From the NCBI RefSeq assembly GCF_009914755.1, contig NC_060926.1: DNA of 64,000 nt; one strand, 5' to 3'. The notes beneath the pieces are model-generated. The model saw nothing but the letters and a program-made list of their open reading frames with translations. It was not told the DNA's origin and made no database searches. Positions 19,834-32,767 of this stretch are shown here, piece by piece (position 1 is the first letter of the stretch; each line of letters starts with the position of its first letter). Both the position numbers and the translations under genes were made by a program. Origin of the DNA: the human T2T-CHM13v2.0 reference genome, Homo sapiens.

Positions 19834-19990
19834 GCATTCAACAGATATTTCCTGAGCTCTGTGATTTGCTTGGTAGCATTCAACAGATATGCTTCATTCA
19901 TTCAACAGGTATTTGCTGAGGTCTGTGATTTGCTTGCATCGTTTATTCAACAGATATTTCCTGAGCTCTGTGATTTGCTTGGTATCATTC
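19834..19990. repeat. Irregular tandem repeat of a ~40-bp L2-tail-like unit
   Basis: ATTCAACAGATATTTCCTGAGCTCTGTGATTTGCTTGG in about three copies plus one partial copy. Confidence 0.9.
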
Positions 19991-20189
19991 CAGTGGCTGA
20001 GAATTCAGTGGCATTACAAGATGATGTCCTCGTTTGCAGCTCAAGTTTTGTAGAGGCTGTGAGTCTGGGTCTTAATAAAGAGAAAGGGCTAGGATGAGTC
20101 AAGGGGCAGAGAGCCTAGAGCTGGCTGGGAGGCTCAGGGACTATTTGGTGGATGGAGGATCATTTGAGTTAAACCAAGGGAATGGGGGA

Positions 20190-20269
20190 ATGTGTTCTTC
20201 AAAAGACCATTAGAACCAACTCAGAAGAGTCACCTCACTTGGTCCCTAATGGTCTTTTGAAGAACACAT
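20190..20269. repeat. Inverted repeat with 24-bp perfect arms
   Basis: ATGTGTTCTTCAAAAGACCATTAG (20190-20213) and CTAATGGTCTTTTGAAGAACACAT (20246-20269). Confidence 0.97.
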
Positions 20270-21139
20270 CTATCGGGGAGAGATAAGGATACACGATAGG
20301 GGAAAATGTGCAATAGCCCTAGATGGGTATGTTGGGATCATGATCATGCTGTCGAATTCCAGACTGAAGAATTCAGGAGACAATGAGCCTCTATTGAAGA
20401 ATTTTAAACAGTCACAAAAGAACAACACTCCAGGAAACTTAGTACAGAAATAGTCAAGATGGATTAAAATGAAGACATCGAGGGCAGGACAGTCAAATAA
20501 AGGATTATTGCAATATTGGAGGCCAGTGGTCCTCCAGCCTGAACTTGTGGAGGCAGAGTGAACAGAAATAAAGATAAAAAGGTAAAGACTCCAGAACGTG
20601 TTAGATGGTGTGGGGGTCTTGAATTCTTTGAATTGCTTCTTAATGTCCCTATTATGGGTCGTATTTTTGCCCCTTGTATATTAAATCAGTGTTCTAAATT
20701 TTTTTGTAACTCTGCAGATATCTGTAGCACATCTGTCTCCTGCTCTTTATCACAGTCACTACCCGTAGAGTTATCCTCGTGCATAAATAAATCATTCCTT
20801 GCAGACTCGTGCTGCGTGTTTGCTCTGTTTTGGAAACAGATTATACATTATGGTTTCTACTACTTAAAGAACTAATTAACCCTTATTATAAATTACTCAC
20901 TGTTTTCTATTTCTTTCCTGTCATTTTTGCAATGGAAACTGTGGCCTTTAGCTCATTCCTGTGGCATGAAGAAAAATGAGTGTATATAGGAATTTTCCTG
21001 TGGATGGTGAGAAGTGGGCAAGTTTGGTGAAGTGAAGGAGGAGGAAGAGGGCATAGGGATACCAGGCTTCTCTCTGTTCTGGAGGCACTTCCCTAGTTCC
21101 AGAGAGGGACAGTGGGTGCAGGAGGGGGCAGTGCTCATT

Positions 21140-21355
21140 GTTCTTTCTACATTTCTGTCAGTTTTTCATTTTGTCTTTCCTTCCTTCTGTCCTTCTTTTC
21201 TTCTGTGTCTATTCGTTTTTTTTTCTCTGCCTTTTACTCTTTCCTTCTATTTGCCTGTCTTCCTGTCTTGTTTTATCTTTCTGTTATTTTTTTCTCTTTT
21301 TCTGTTTGTCTTTCTGTCTGCCTGTTCCTTTTTTTTTTCTACTTCCTTCCCTCCC
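21140..21355. repeat. Pyrimidine-rich (T/C) low-complexity tract
   Basis: Degenerate TTTC/TCTG repeats. Confidence 0.8.
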
Positions 21356-24300
21356 CTGCTTTAGCATACGACTGGAGTGTAGCCACTTCAACCATGAAAA
21401 CAAATGTTCTGCTCTGAATAGAGCAATGAGACCAGTTTATTGAAATTCAGGAAGCAGTATCAAAGACACTGTACTAACTCTTCCTCTGTTTTTCTTTCAT
21501 TTGCTTTTCTGAAGAGTATAAATTCACAGAGATCTCTATTTTGTGTTGGAATAAACTATGAGCTGCTTTATTTAGTTTTATAGTGGAACATACATTTATT
21601 GATCATGAACTCTTTCCAGTAAAATATTTAGAGCATCCACATTCAATAAATGCCTATATATATATATAATATGTTATATTATCTTTAATATATTGTATAA
21701 TACATAATGTGTATTATATAATATAATGATAAATGATTAAATTTAAAATAATAAAATATAAGGCAGTTTACTTATCTTCAAGGTGAGATATACACTTAAA
21801 ATATGGTTTATCATTATCAATAATGAATATAAATCTACATTTCAAATAGTCTTTTTGAAGATTACAAAAAAAAAATTGGCCCTACATCTTCTCAGCTATT
21901 GTTCATCGTTGCTTTTATACCCCATGGTGTGGTTGGTGAGCTCATCATCGGAAGAAGTGTAATGCCAGCTCTGCCTTGCTCCTGCTGTCTGCTTCTGCTT
22001 ACTTTGTGGTATCTCCTTTGGTCCACAGTTTCTTGTCAATAATCTTTTAAGCCTTTGTTCTTTGTGTGAGGAATAGTTTAGTTACAGTTTGGTAATAAAA
22101 TCTGTAAATCTACTTTCTTGAACATATTCTGCAATCCAATGTAGTATGATGAAAGCTGATGAATGGGTGTGAGTTTCTCTGTTGCCATGCCAGATTTTCC
22201 ATCAGGACATCAAGAGGACTGTACGGCATACACTACCCACTGAAAGATATCAAACAAGGGCACTAGAGTTGGTCTACAATTAAATATTAATAAAGCTTTA
22301 TTTCTTTCTCACTGTTATATGAAGAGTAAATGTAAATAAAAATTCTAGTAATAGTTTTTCTGTACTATGTGGTTTATTTTGCTCATCTCCTAAGGTTCAT
22401 ACATCTTTGAAGGCTTCTGCTTGGAAAACCAAGGAAACCCTCTTTAACGCACCATTTTTTACTTGCACATATTTCTGCTCCATGGCAAACTAATTGATTG
22501 GTTGTCTAAATATATTGCATCCACAGTTAGATATTCCCTAGATGACTTAGTTCTCTCAATTTTATTCCATTTTATAATATAATCAGATTAGTTTTCCCAA
22601 CTTAATTTAAAAAACCACACTTCCTTTGCTAGTGTTCCGGTCAACAGACTACAATGGATAGAATTCAACTTCTACTCTCCTGAAACTGCCTTTTTGATGT
22701 TGATTAATCTCCTTGATATATCTTTTTGGTTCAAAGATCACCAATTCAAATTTTAATGTATTTTAAAATCCAGATTAATTCTGATTTAAGAGTTAGTATA
22801 TTTTGATTTCTTTCCAAATGAAAGAATTTTGGTTTGTATCTGTAAAAATAAACTCAATTTAGTAAAATGTAGGGACTATAGTAGCAAGGTCTCATAAAAA
22901 TAAACAAATTAACTGAACAAATACGTACAATTATCTTTGATTCATCAATGTTTATGTCATAGAAGTGGGTATAATGGAAACATTTACAGATTCAGATTTC
23001 ACATGCTGTTCACCTCTGTAATCAGAGGAGGGAAGAAATTTGGAATGCAAATATTGCACTGACCTAGGTTTTCATAAAGACATGAAACTGATTTCTAAAT
23101 AAAAGTTCAGAAATTTAATTTCTGTGACAGATAAACTTTCATATTAATTCACATCCAGAATTTAAATGTTTATTTAATTTACATACTGTGAGGAGTTTTA
23201 AAAAGTCTCAATCTCTTAGTGGGTGAATAGATCAAATTTTCTGGAAGATGTATTGTGACTTTTGGTGAAAAGAAATAATTCACATTCTAGGGTTTTCATC
23301 TTTAAGTCTATTTCAATTATTTCCTCTAACAAAAAAGTGATTTTATTCATCAATGATTCACTTCCCCACTGTCAAGGTGGGAATGATCATTATTCTCACA
23401 GCTACAAGGGGAAAAAGATCTCATATTCTCATATTTTTGACTGTTGGTTCAGTACTTAGGGGGAGCATCTGTTTACATCCAGGCATTTTTTTTTTCCAGA
23501 GAAAGTGAAGGAAAGTTGCAAAATTAGATGAATAACCCTTAGTTTTATCAAATAAATTCAGTTTTATGCACAATATAGATTTAAGGCTTTTGAACAAAAA
23601 AAGTATATGCAATTGAGAAAAGATATGATACCATATATTCAATATTTAACAATTTTAAAACAAGCTGCTTTTTGGACTAAAGCGTGGTTGCATCTTATCA
23701 TGCTGCCCTAGTTCCAAAGGTGTTTCTTACCATCTCTCCATCCATTAGGCAAAGACTATTGAATGCTCCATTATAAAGAATAAACATTTTTAACAGCTTT
23801 CACTTAAATTACCATGACAGGTACTACAGTGCAATGTTGTTAATCTTTTCCTAAAAGCTTAATGTTGCTATTTAGTTGTTTACTAATAAATCAAAGAAAA
23901 CACATCTTGTCATTTTAAGTTAGACATAGATGGATGAATCTTCAGTGTCTTTGGAGATGGAGAAAATTTCCTACAGAAAAAGAAATGATTATTTGGTTTT
24001 AAAAAAAAGTATACAGAAACACACACACACTGCCATAAAGTACCATACCTAAAACTAAAGAAGTTGAAATGAGAAGAAATCACATACATGAAAACACTTT
24101 GTAACCTGTAAGCCAGTGTAAATACTACTCTATCATCTATCTTTGCATTCTTTTAAAATTTAATCTTCTTGCTTCTTTGATGCTTTTTTGCTGGTCAACC
24201 AGAATAGAATACTTCTTGGCAGTTTTGCACTTTTGTGTCTAGTGGCTTTCTAATTCCATTTCAAGCTCTTGTGTCCATTTTTTTCTGGACATTTGTATAT

Positions 24301-25139
24301 TTAAAATTTTGGCACAAGATTATCTTCAATTTCCTGAAAGTTAAAAATACCTTAGTTTGTAAAAAATTATTCTGTTTGGTGATGATAATTTGATATTGCA
24401 GACTACTAGGAAATGAGAGAATATTCACATTTAGGCTAGTAATTTTATTTTTGTTCCTGTTTCCCTCTCCTGCTTTGTGGTAATAGATGCTGAATAAATG
24501 TTTAATGAATGATTGGATGAGTGGGTGAATGAAGCAAAAAATAAGCAATTTTGGAGGATTGAGTTATGGAATGTCATAAAATATCTAAACCTTTTGCAGT
24601 AGCACCTGAGTTCTCAACGTTTTTTCTTTTTATTGTAGCAAATATTGTAAAATGAAATCGACAGGACTAAATCTATAATATCTTTATTATATCACCATAA
24701 TTTTATACAAAGGTTTGCTTTGGTTTTAGTATTTTGGCTATTTTTTACTCCACAAAAAGCAATATAAATTTGAAAAGCTGGTTAAAAGAAGAAAACTTGT
24801 CTAAAGCTTATATATAATTCCATTTTTCCCTGAGAAGGAGTGAATATTTGAAACAGTCTCATATAGTTATAGGCTGATAAAATTTTGGCCTGATAATTAC
24901 ATAATAAGCTGGTGCCTTCCCAAGTTATTAAGTTTTTAGAATCATTTTATGTGTTTATTGAATTTCATAAAATATTAATGTTAGTTATGAACTATTCAAA
25001 ACCTCCAGGAATTTCAGCATTTCTCTGGTGTTCAAGAATTAAGAAGATTTAAAAGTCAACATATTGAGCAGAATAAATAATAACAAATATTTTAATCATT
25101 TCAAGGTCTCTTATCATCATTAATAATAATTTATTGACA

Positions 25140-25710
25140 GTCTTTTGACATGATCAGATAATTGACAGAATTTAATTATAGAAACAGGGCTTTTTATGCA
25201 AAACTATATAATTACTTTAAGAAATAAAACTGTATTGATAGTGCTCAGTAATTGAGCCAAGTTTATCAGTAAGAAAGTCCCAACAATTACAAACATTTCA
25301 GACATTGGAAACATTTTGAAATATATTTTTAAATATCTTGTTTCCAGCTCCAGCACGCCTTGGGTGATCCAGGTCAGACTGTAGGTGTGAGACCTTGTTC
25401 CTCCCAACCCTTGATTCAGGAACTCTGAGGATGGGGATGTGCTGGGGTTGGGTTTCTTTTTTCTTTCTTTTCATTTGTTTTTTTTTTTTTTCTTTTCCTT
25501 TTTTTTTTTTTTTAGTAGAGAAGGGGCTTTGCCATGTTGCCCAGGCTGGTCTCGAACTCCTGATCTTAAGTGATCCACCCACCTCAGCCTCCCAAAATGC
25601 TGGGATTACAGGTGTGAGCTACTGTGCCCGACCTGGGTGGTAAAGTTTCTTATTAGGACCTCAGAGAATCCATTCTCTAAGTCAATGAAATGGTTTTTCA
25701 TGCTCATTTC
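25140..25710 (+). repeat. Diverged local direct duplication, copy 1 (contains a FLAM insertion)
   Basis: Colinear with 26768-27160, e.g. CCAAGTTTATCA, TGATCCAGGTCAG, GATTCAGGAACTCTGAGGATGGGG, AGAATCCATTCT. Confidence 0.9.
25453..25633 (-). mobile_element. Alu left-arm monomer (FLAM-like)
   Basis: T-rich tail joined directly to AGTAGAGAAGGGG..GCCCAGGCTGGTCTCGAACTCC..GGGATTACAGGTGTGAGC. Confidence 0.88.
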
Positions 25711-26767
25711 GAAACATGTAGTCTGATTTAGGTTTTTATAGGCAAAGGAGGAGAGTTCAAAAGTAGGAGGGATGGGGTATCATGCTACTTAAATGCTGTA
25801 AGAGGCAAAAGGGAGTGCCAGCAGGAATACAGAAGCAGTAGGTGAGTGTTAAGAAGCAACCAGGTTTAGCATGCTCTCAAAGCTGCTAGGAGTAACTCAT
25901 TTTGCCCCACCATAAAAAAACATTTTAGGAAAAGGCCTTTCATTGTTCCTTAAACCTGACCCTCTACCTCTTTTTCTGATTTCTGCTTATCATACCCTCT
26001 GGGTTTTTGTTTTGTTTTGTTTTACCATGGCTAGAAACTCCACAATTTTTCTAGTCTCTCACCTTCCACCCCATCAACATAGCCAAATATTTGCCAAGAC
26101 CTGAGGATTTAATGTGACTCATCCATTCTTTATTCAGCCATCCTGCACCCTGTCTTTCCTTCCAGTGCTTCCTCATATTCCATAAATCTAGTCCCCAAAA
26201 TGTTACTACATCGGTGTATAGCACAATCTTGCTGATGGCCCTCCCTTGATGGCAGAACAAAGAATGAAATGGTTCAAGCCATATATAGCCTGACATTCAA
26301 GGTCCTCTGTGAGTGCTTGACTGTGATCATGATCAACCATTCTGTTATTTCCTGCTACTCTTTGATGCTACTTTCAACCACTAAGCTGGAATACTCATCA
26401 TTGACCAAACAATCCCAACATTCTACACTTTATTGGGATAATTTCTTTAGCCTGGAATTGTCATCTTACTATCTGTTTGAAATGCTACACATTCTTCATG
26501 ACCCCCTTCAAGTATCTTTTTCTTCATAGTGCTAATCTAACTCCTGTAGCTTAAGTGAGCTTTGCTTCTCTTTTAAATGGCTATGCAACAATTTTTATGG
26601 CACTTACCAGATTCGACTTTCTACAATTGCTACTTTTATCCATATCATTGCCTTTATTTGACTTTAAACTGAACACTTGCTGAACGTTGTGTCTCAGAAG
26701 TAATGGTATTTTACACAAGTCAAATAAACAAATGAGAGTTGCATGAAGGAATAGTTGGAAATAACTG

Positions 26768-27160
26768 TCTTTCTACATGACTAGATAATGGACACAATTT
26801 AGTTATAGAAACAAGTTTTTAAAAGTAGAACTGTATAAATTAAGAAAATACTATTGATAATGCTCAATAATTTATCCAAGTTTATCATCAAGAGAGTCCC
26901 AGCAATTAGAAATATTTCAGAGGTTGTGAAATATGTTGAAATATGTTTTTAAATGCCCAGCTTTCAGCTCAAGCTTTTTCCTTTCAGCTCAAGCAAGCCT
27001 ACGATGATCCAGGTCAGTTTGCAGGTATGAGGCCTCGCCCCTCCCATCAGATTCAGGAACTCTGAGGATGGGGTGGGGTTGGTCTAGGTGGTAAAGCTCT
27101 TTTTTAGGACCCCGAAGAATCCATTCTGTAAGTTAATAAAGTAGTTTTACCCTCTCATAA
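26768..27160 (+). repeat. Diverged local direct duplication, copy 2
   Basis: Colinear with 25140-25710, lacks the FLAM, has a small internal duplication CTTTCAGCTCAAGC x2. Confidence 0.9.
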
Positions 27161-27822
27161 ATGTATTGCCTTGTGAAATCATTTTAGCACAGCAGACAAA
27201 AAGGGAATTATTTTGTTAAAATTTTCATAATTATTTTCCAAGGCTATAGTAGCATAGTTTAGAGAAGTACTCTAATAGTACATAATGCCTGAAAAATCAC
27301 CTGAAAGAATATAATGTCTCCCCTTGCTCATCTCACAGTTTCAAATGCCCTGCTAAGACTGATGTGCTACAAGCGATTTACAATGATTTTTGCATTTTTT
27401 AATCACTGACTTACTACATTTTAAAACATCGATCCTTTATGTTTCTTTTATAATGGTCTTAGTTTAGATTTTGTATTTTGAAGATTTCAATGCAAATGTC
27501 ATCCAAATAGTATTCTTTCTTACCAAAGTGGGCTACAAAGCGTTTTGGGCTTTGTTTATAAAAAGTTTTATTCTCAATATGATTTAAAAAGGTAGAGATG
27601 AGAAAATGGCATTTAAGGCTGATAGAACAGTTTGAGCAAAGGTAAAAAATGTGATGATCATGTGGAAGTTCAATTTCTATTTTTTTTTTTTTGCCACAGA
27701 TAAGATGTTAAAAATATAGGAATTCAAAATCAGGCCATTGATTATCCCACATTAAAAAGCATAGACTTATAGGTGCCTGAGACCCTTGGAGGGTTTACCA
27801 GTTGGGAAATGAATTAATAAAA

Positions 27823-27824
<2 letters not shown>

Positions 27825-27887
<63 letters not shown>
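27825..27887. repeat. Compound microsatellite (TC)20(TA)11
   Basis: Read directly from the sequence. Confidence 0.97.
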
Positions 27888-27907
27888 GGATAATTTCTTT
27901 ATTATCT

Positions 27908-28003
27908 TCTTTAGTTAATCAGGCCCTCTTTAATGTATAATAGCTCACAAGTAAAATGAGGTATGGAGAATTTAAAGAGCCACAAAAAAACTGTTAAAAA
28001 ATT
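27908..28003 (-). repeat. Inverted copy of 29375-29473
   Basis: Reverse-complement match with 1 substitution and an A7/A10 homopolymer difference. Confidence 0.96.
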
Positions 28004-28041
28004 ATGTATATATATAGAGAGAGAGAAAGAGAGAGAAAGAG

Positions 28042-28153
28042 ATTGCCTTGTGAAATCATTTAGCACAGCAGACAACAAGGGAATTATTTTGTTAAAATTT
28101 ATAGTAACGTAGTCTAGAGAAGTACTTTAATAGTACATAATGCCTGCAAAATC

Positions 28154-28154
<1 letters not shown>
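28042..28154 (+). repeat. Direct copy of 27165-27299
   Basis: ATTGCCTTGTGAAATCATTT..GGGAATTATTTTGTTAAAATTT..TAATAGTACATAATGCCTG; ~21-nt deletion and about 6 substitutions. Confidence 0.95.

Positions 28155-28155
<1 letters not shown>

Positions 28156-28209
<54 letters not shown>
28156..28209. repeat. (TA)27 microsatellite
   Basis: Read directly from the sequence. Confidence 0.97.
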
Positions 28210-28214
<5 letters not shown>

Positions 28215-28644
28215 GTATGAGGTAGATTGGACATATGAAAAATGGCAGATAAGTAAACAAAACAAAACACCAGACTACTGTGATGGGTTAGGCTAAGAGA
28301 CAATAAATAGGAGAATGAGGAGGGCTGGGGTTTGGAGATGTGGCAGAGGTAGACCAACATGGGTTTTTGATCCTCAAAGTATTGGCACATCTTTTTCATA
28401 TTTCTAGTGTGGATGATAAGAAAGAACAGGGAAAAGGTGAGATGGGGAACACAGGAGGGTGAGAAGATGGAAATCTATGGGAGTGAATCCAGATTCTGGC
28501 CATGGGATCTGAAATATGGACATTGATTGCTATGTAGAGAATTGGAAATTTGGAGACAAAATTTAGGAGATAAGGGGTTTAAATGTAGATTTAAAAGTCA
28601 TAGCATAGACCTGAACATTGAAACCCAGGGAAAGAATAGACTTG

Positions 28645-28866
28645 GCCTGCAACCAGTCTGATTGGTGGTAGGAGGGGAACAATCAGAGGTACTTTCCATT
28701 GTTCCTCTTCAAAGCAATGGAAAGGGGTGGGTTTGCAAAGGGAGTAGCCTCTGGTCCTTTTGTTACTTGGGCATGGAGCAGGTGGGGTTCGTTTTGATTC
28801 AGCTCTAGGAATTCAGAGTGAGTCAGCTTTAGGTTCCCTGCCTCTAGACCCTATTCTAATGCCTCA
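28645..28866 (-). mobile_element. ERV1 LTR fragment, MER51-like
   Basis: Reverse strand begins TGAGGC..AGAATAGGGTCTAGAGGCAGGGAACCTAA..CCCAAGTAACAAAAGGACCAGAGGCTACTCCCTTTGC. Confidence 0.75.
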
Positions 28867-29947
28867 TAGCCAGATAGAAAATTTACAGCAATAAAAAAAG
28901 GGGTGGAGCAAAAATACCTATAAGAACAAGTGGAAGAAGAGGAATTGACGATGCTGACTGAGAAAAAACACTTAGAGGCAGTATAAGGGGTGGGAGCAGC
29001 ATATTTTCCTGTGGAAATGTATAAGGAACAAATCTGGGGCACACCTAGTTAGAGAAGTTAGGCCAGGAGAGCCACAAAGAAAGTTCAAGTATGGAACTTA
29101 GAATGAGGACTGAAAAAAAAAATCACTAGATTTTGCAATGATGAGACATGACAGGAAAGTGTGAGAGAATGGTTGCCTTTGCAAGGTGTGGCCAGGAGCC
29201 AGGTAGCAAGGAGAGTAGACAGGAGGAATTCATGCTCTTGGCTGTGAATGACTCATGACGAAGCATTCAACATTTTTTCCATATATTTAAAATTGTTAAA
29301 TGTTCCTTTCAGCTGTTTTTAGGCAGAAAATGAGTCAATTTCCTTTTGTTTAACCCCACAAAGAATGGTCTTAAAATTTTTTAACAGTTTTTTTTTTGTG
29401 GCTCTTTAAATCCTCCATACCTCATTTTACTTGTGAGCTATTATACATTAAAGAGGGCCTGATTAACTAAAGATCATAAGGCCATTTCTCCTTACTTGAC
29501 ACCAGGTATAAAATTCCAAGAAAGCATTTACTTTCACACCTGTAGCCTTGCATAGCAGATTCACATTTAGTGCATTTAGTGTTCCCCTAACTTTCTTTTG
29601 ACCTTTGCTCACATTATAATACCTTTCCTAGAGTCTCTAAGTGTACATCAGGCATGAAAAATTGTTTACAATGGATCCTGAAAATGAGTTTAGTCTTAAT
29701 CAACTTAATAGCTATTTTTAATGTGGCATGGTATAACCTAAATATGTACCTATAAAAATCATACAATTTAGAGATGGATTAGTCATCAAACTGGTCAAGT
29801 TAGTAAAAACAAAATTAAGGCTAACTTGGTCTCTCCTACTTATTCAGACCTTCCATACATGGGCTTATGAATCATAAAAGAAAAGGCCAACTGAGCTTGG
29901 ATTCCATCTTTTTTAACTTAGACATTTAGAGTATCTCATTCTTTCCT

Positions 29948-29948
<1 letters not shown>

Positions 29949-29978
<30 letters not shown>
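29949..29978. repeat. (GT)15 microsatellite
   Basis: Read directly from the sequence. Confidence 0.95.
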
Positions 29979-29980
<2 letters not shown>

Positions 29981-30663
29981 TTTGCCATCTACACTCTTGA
30001 GTTCTAGAGCACTTTTTGTACATCCTCTCTGATTTCATTCTCTACCCAGGATTATATTTAGTTATGTGCATATTATCTTCCCTTCTTGGTTATAAACTCC
30101 CTTAGAGGATAGGTCACTGTTTTGCTTTCTCTGTGGCCTGTATAACGTTCAGCCTCATGCTTTGCTCCAAGAACATACTCAAAAAAGAGTTGTTAAAAGA
30201 AATAACCCAAATAACACTCTAACAGGGAGGAATTATTGTCTCTATTTTGCATGTCTAATTGAGATGTATTGATCCTTAAGGATGCTGAAGTTGTCTCTGT
30301 TATCTTTTCACCTGCACATAATGTATTGCCTTGCCCCTGGTGGGTGCATCCTTTGTGAAACAATGTGTAATTGCTATGTGCAAGGCACGGTGCTGGGCAC
30401 TCAGATGCACAAAATAAAAGCAAGTGATTACTGCTGGGTCAGTGCAAGGCACAGGGCCAGCACATTTTCCTGAGGAGATGTTGGGGTGTGATGGGAACTG
30501 AAGGAATATGGAGGCACAGTTTATAAAATGCCAAAATGTCAGGGAACTTGAAAGCCAGCCTAAGTATAGACCTAATTCTATAGACAAAAATACTTAATTT
30601 GATTATTACTTCCTTTTGACTTTGCATGTATGTTAATTTCCAAATATCTTTTAGCATAGAGAC

Positions 30664-31183
30664 TGTGGTAGAGACTGGGACATTTTCTCATTCCAACATT
30701 CATTCTTTCTTTGCTTCTTAGGAGCAGAACCATGACTTTTAGCTAGACACTTGGCCAGCTTAAACAAAAGTCTATCCCATTCTCCTAGGTGTAACCATGC
30801 AACATAGTTCTGACCTATAAGATGTAAGTAGAGGTGGTATGAAACTTCTGGGAAGGCTAAATAAAGAGAGCTGTCTCAGCTGAAAGGGACAAGTCCTTGG
30901 CATTTCTGTCTTTCTGTCTTATTCTGCTTGTAACACCAATGTGATGGCTGGAGCTTCAGAAGCCATCTTATACCATGAGGCAATTGGATGATATAATTCA
31001 TGCCCTAGAATGCTGAGACAAAAAGATAGAAGTCTGGGTCCCTGATGGAGCTGACCTAACAGTCCTCGGCTGCTAATTTCTGCATTTCCTCATGTGAGAG
31101 AGAAAGAAACTTGAATATTGTGTAAGTTTCACTTATTTTAGGATTGCCAGTGAATGTGCCCAAATCTAACCCTCACTAGCTCA
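30664..31183 (+). mobile_element. MaLR LTR, MLT1J-like
   Basis: TGTGGTAGAGACTG..GATGGCTGGAGCTTCAGAAGCCATCTTATACCATGAGG..CTGGGTCCCTGATG. Confidence 0.65.
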
Positions 31184-32767
31184 ATGGCTATTTAAAGCAT
31201 TTTGTATTAATCCCCTTTGGGACATATAAAAATATTATAGACATACTAGGTCCTCTTAAGGGATTAAGATATTTAATTTCTTGTCAGTTAAAACATGCTG
31301 AGTGAGAATGTTATCATTCCCAAGAGTGTTGTCTTTGGCTATAGAAAAAGGACTCATTATAAAATATCATTTCTTAGTTCTTGAACTTAAGTAGTACCTT
31401 GTGTTGAAGGCTATACCTGTAGTAAAGAGTAGATAGCAGTTTGATTCCTTTCCCAGAGGTATGATATGGACAACTCATCTCTTCTGTGAAAAAGGGGCTG
31501 TATCTACTGTCTGGCTGATTGTGAATATTAAATGATTAAATGAGGTAATATAAGAAGTAACATATGTTAGTTCTTATTTTCTCCTTGCCTTTCTCTAAGA
31601 ACAAGAAATTGGAAAATTATGAAATAAGCCAGGCTGATCCAGAGAACTAAAAGAGGCATTTTGCTTAAGCATTGCTATTGATATTTTTCTTGGTATTAGT
31701 TTCACACTTGTTGCCAAAAGTCAGATACTTGAATCCTCAAAATATCTCTGCTTACTTGCCTCCTATGCTGTATTATAGAAAATGTTTACCTTGAAAATTA
31801 TTACTAAATTAGATATGCTTTGATTATCATGCATATATAAACTGTTTTCCTTTTTTTTTCTTAAAACTCAAAACGATTCAATGTCAGTACAATAAGGTTC
31901 TTCTTAACATACTGTCATTAATACTGATTACTAAGCTGTTTTCTTAACTAGCTTCTCATCTGATTCCATATGGAATTGTAAATGGTATAGCTGTTTTATT
32001 GGTATTTAACTTTTATATAATATATATTAGGATCTTGTGAAATTTTAAGTTTTATCTTATAGTCCTAATTTTGTAATTTAGTGCAAACACAATGTCTTAT
32101 TAAATTCATTTCTAGAAGTTTTCAGAAGTATATATTTTTTCTTAGGATTTTAAATTCATCTGGCTGTCATTATAACAGGTGGCAATAGAGAAGACAGTCA
32201 TTTTTAATTTATTATTCATCATATATTTAATTAGAAATTAATTAATTTTTATAAATTAGAAAAGTAGAGCAGAGTCTGGTACAGATTAGAAAAATAGAGG
32301 ATGATATGAATAATCAACATATGGGTTTCCAAAGATATCTTCATTAATCATTAGCAACTGTTATAAATATTTTAGATTTTTATTAAAAATTGATGCCAAA
32401 CATTTTTAAATTTGCATGTTGAGGAGTGAGAGAATGGTGCATGAGAAATGTTTCATAAAATAAATTTAGAGTCAGCTAGAATTTCAGAAATGAACTTATA
32501 AAGTTTTGTTTACTTGATCAGTAGTGGAATGTATCATGTAAATAATTGACACAAGTAGGCATAAACATCATTTCTGAAACTTTGGTTTGATTTTTTTTTC
32601 TAAGTATGCTGCAAGCTTTGTAATGGGGTATAAAAATTTGTGTTCAAAAATTGTCATAAAATGTCTGTTATATGATGTTGACTTATTTAAATAGTTGTGA
32701 GATATTTTCATTTTAAGGTGGTTATTAAGAAAATATTTGGAGGATGATCACTGTCAGAAAAAACAGA

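Noticed and set aside
19834-19990. CRISPR-like repeat array
   Set aside because: Primate DNA, no regular unique spacers, no cas genes; the unit resembles an L2 tail
22141-22245. Possible C/D box snoRNA (ATGATGA..CTGA)
   Set aside because: No terminal stem flanking the boxes and no recognisable rRNA guide
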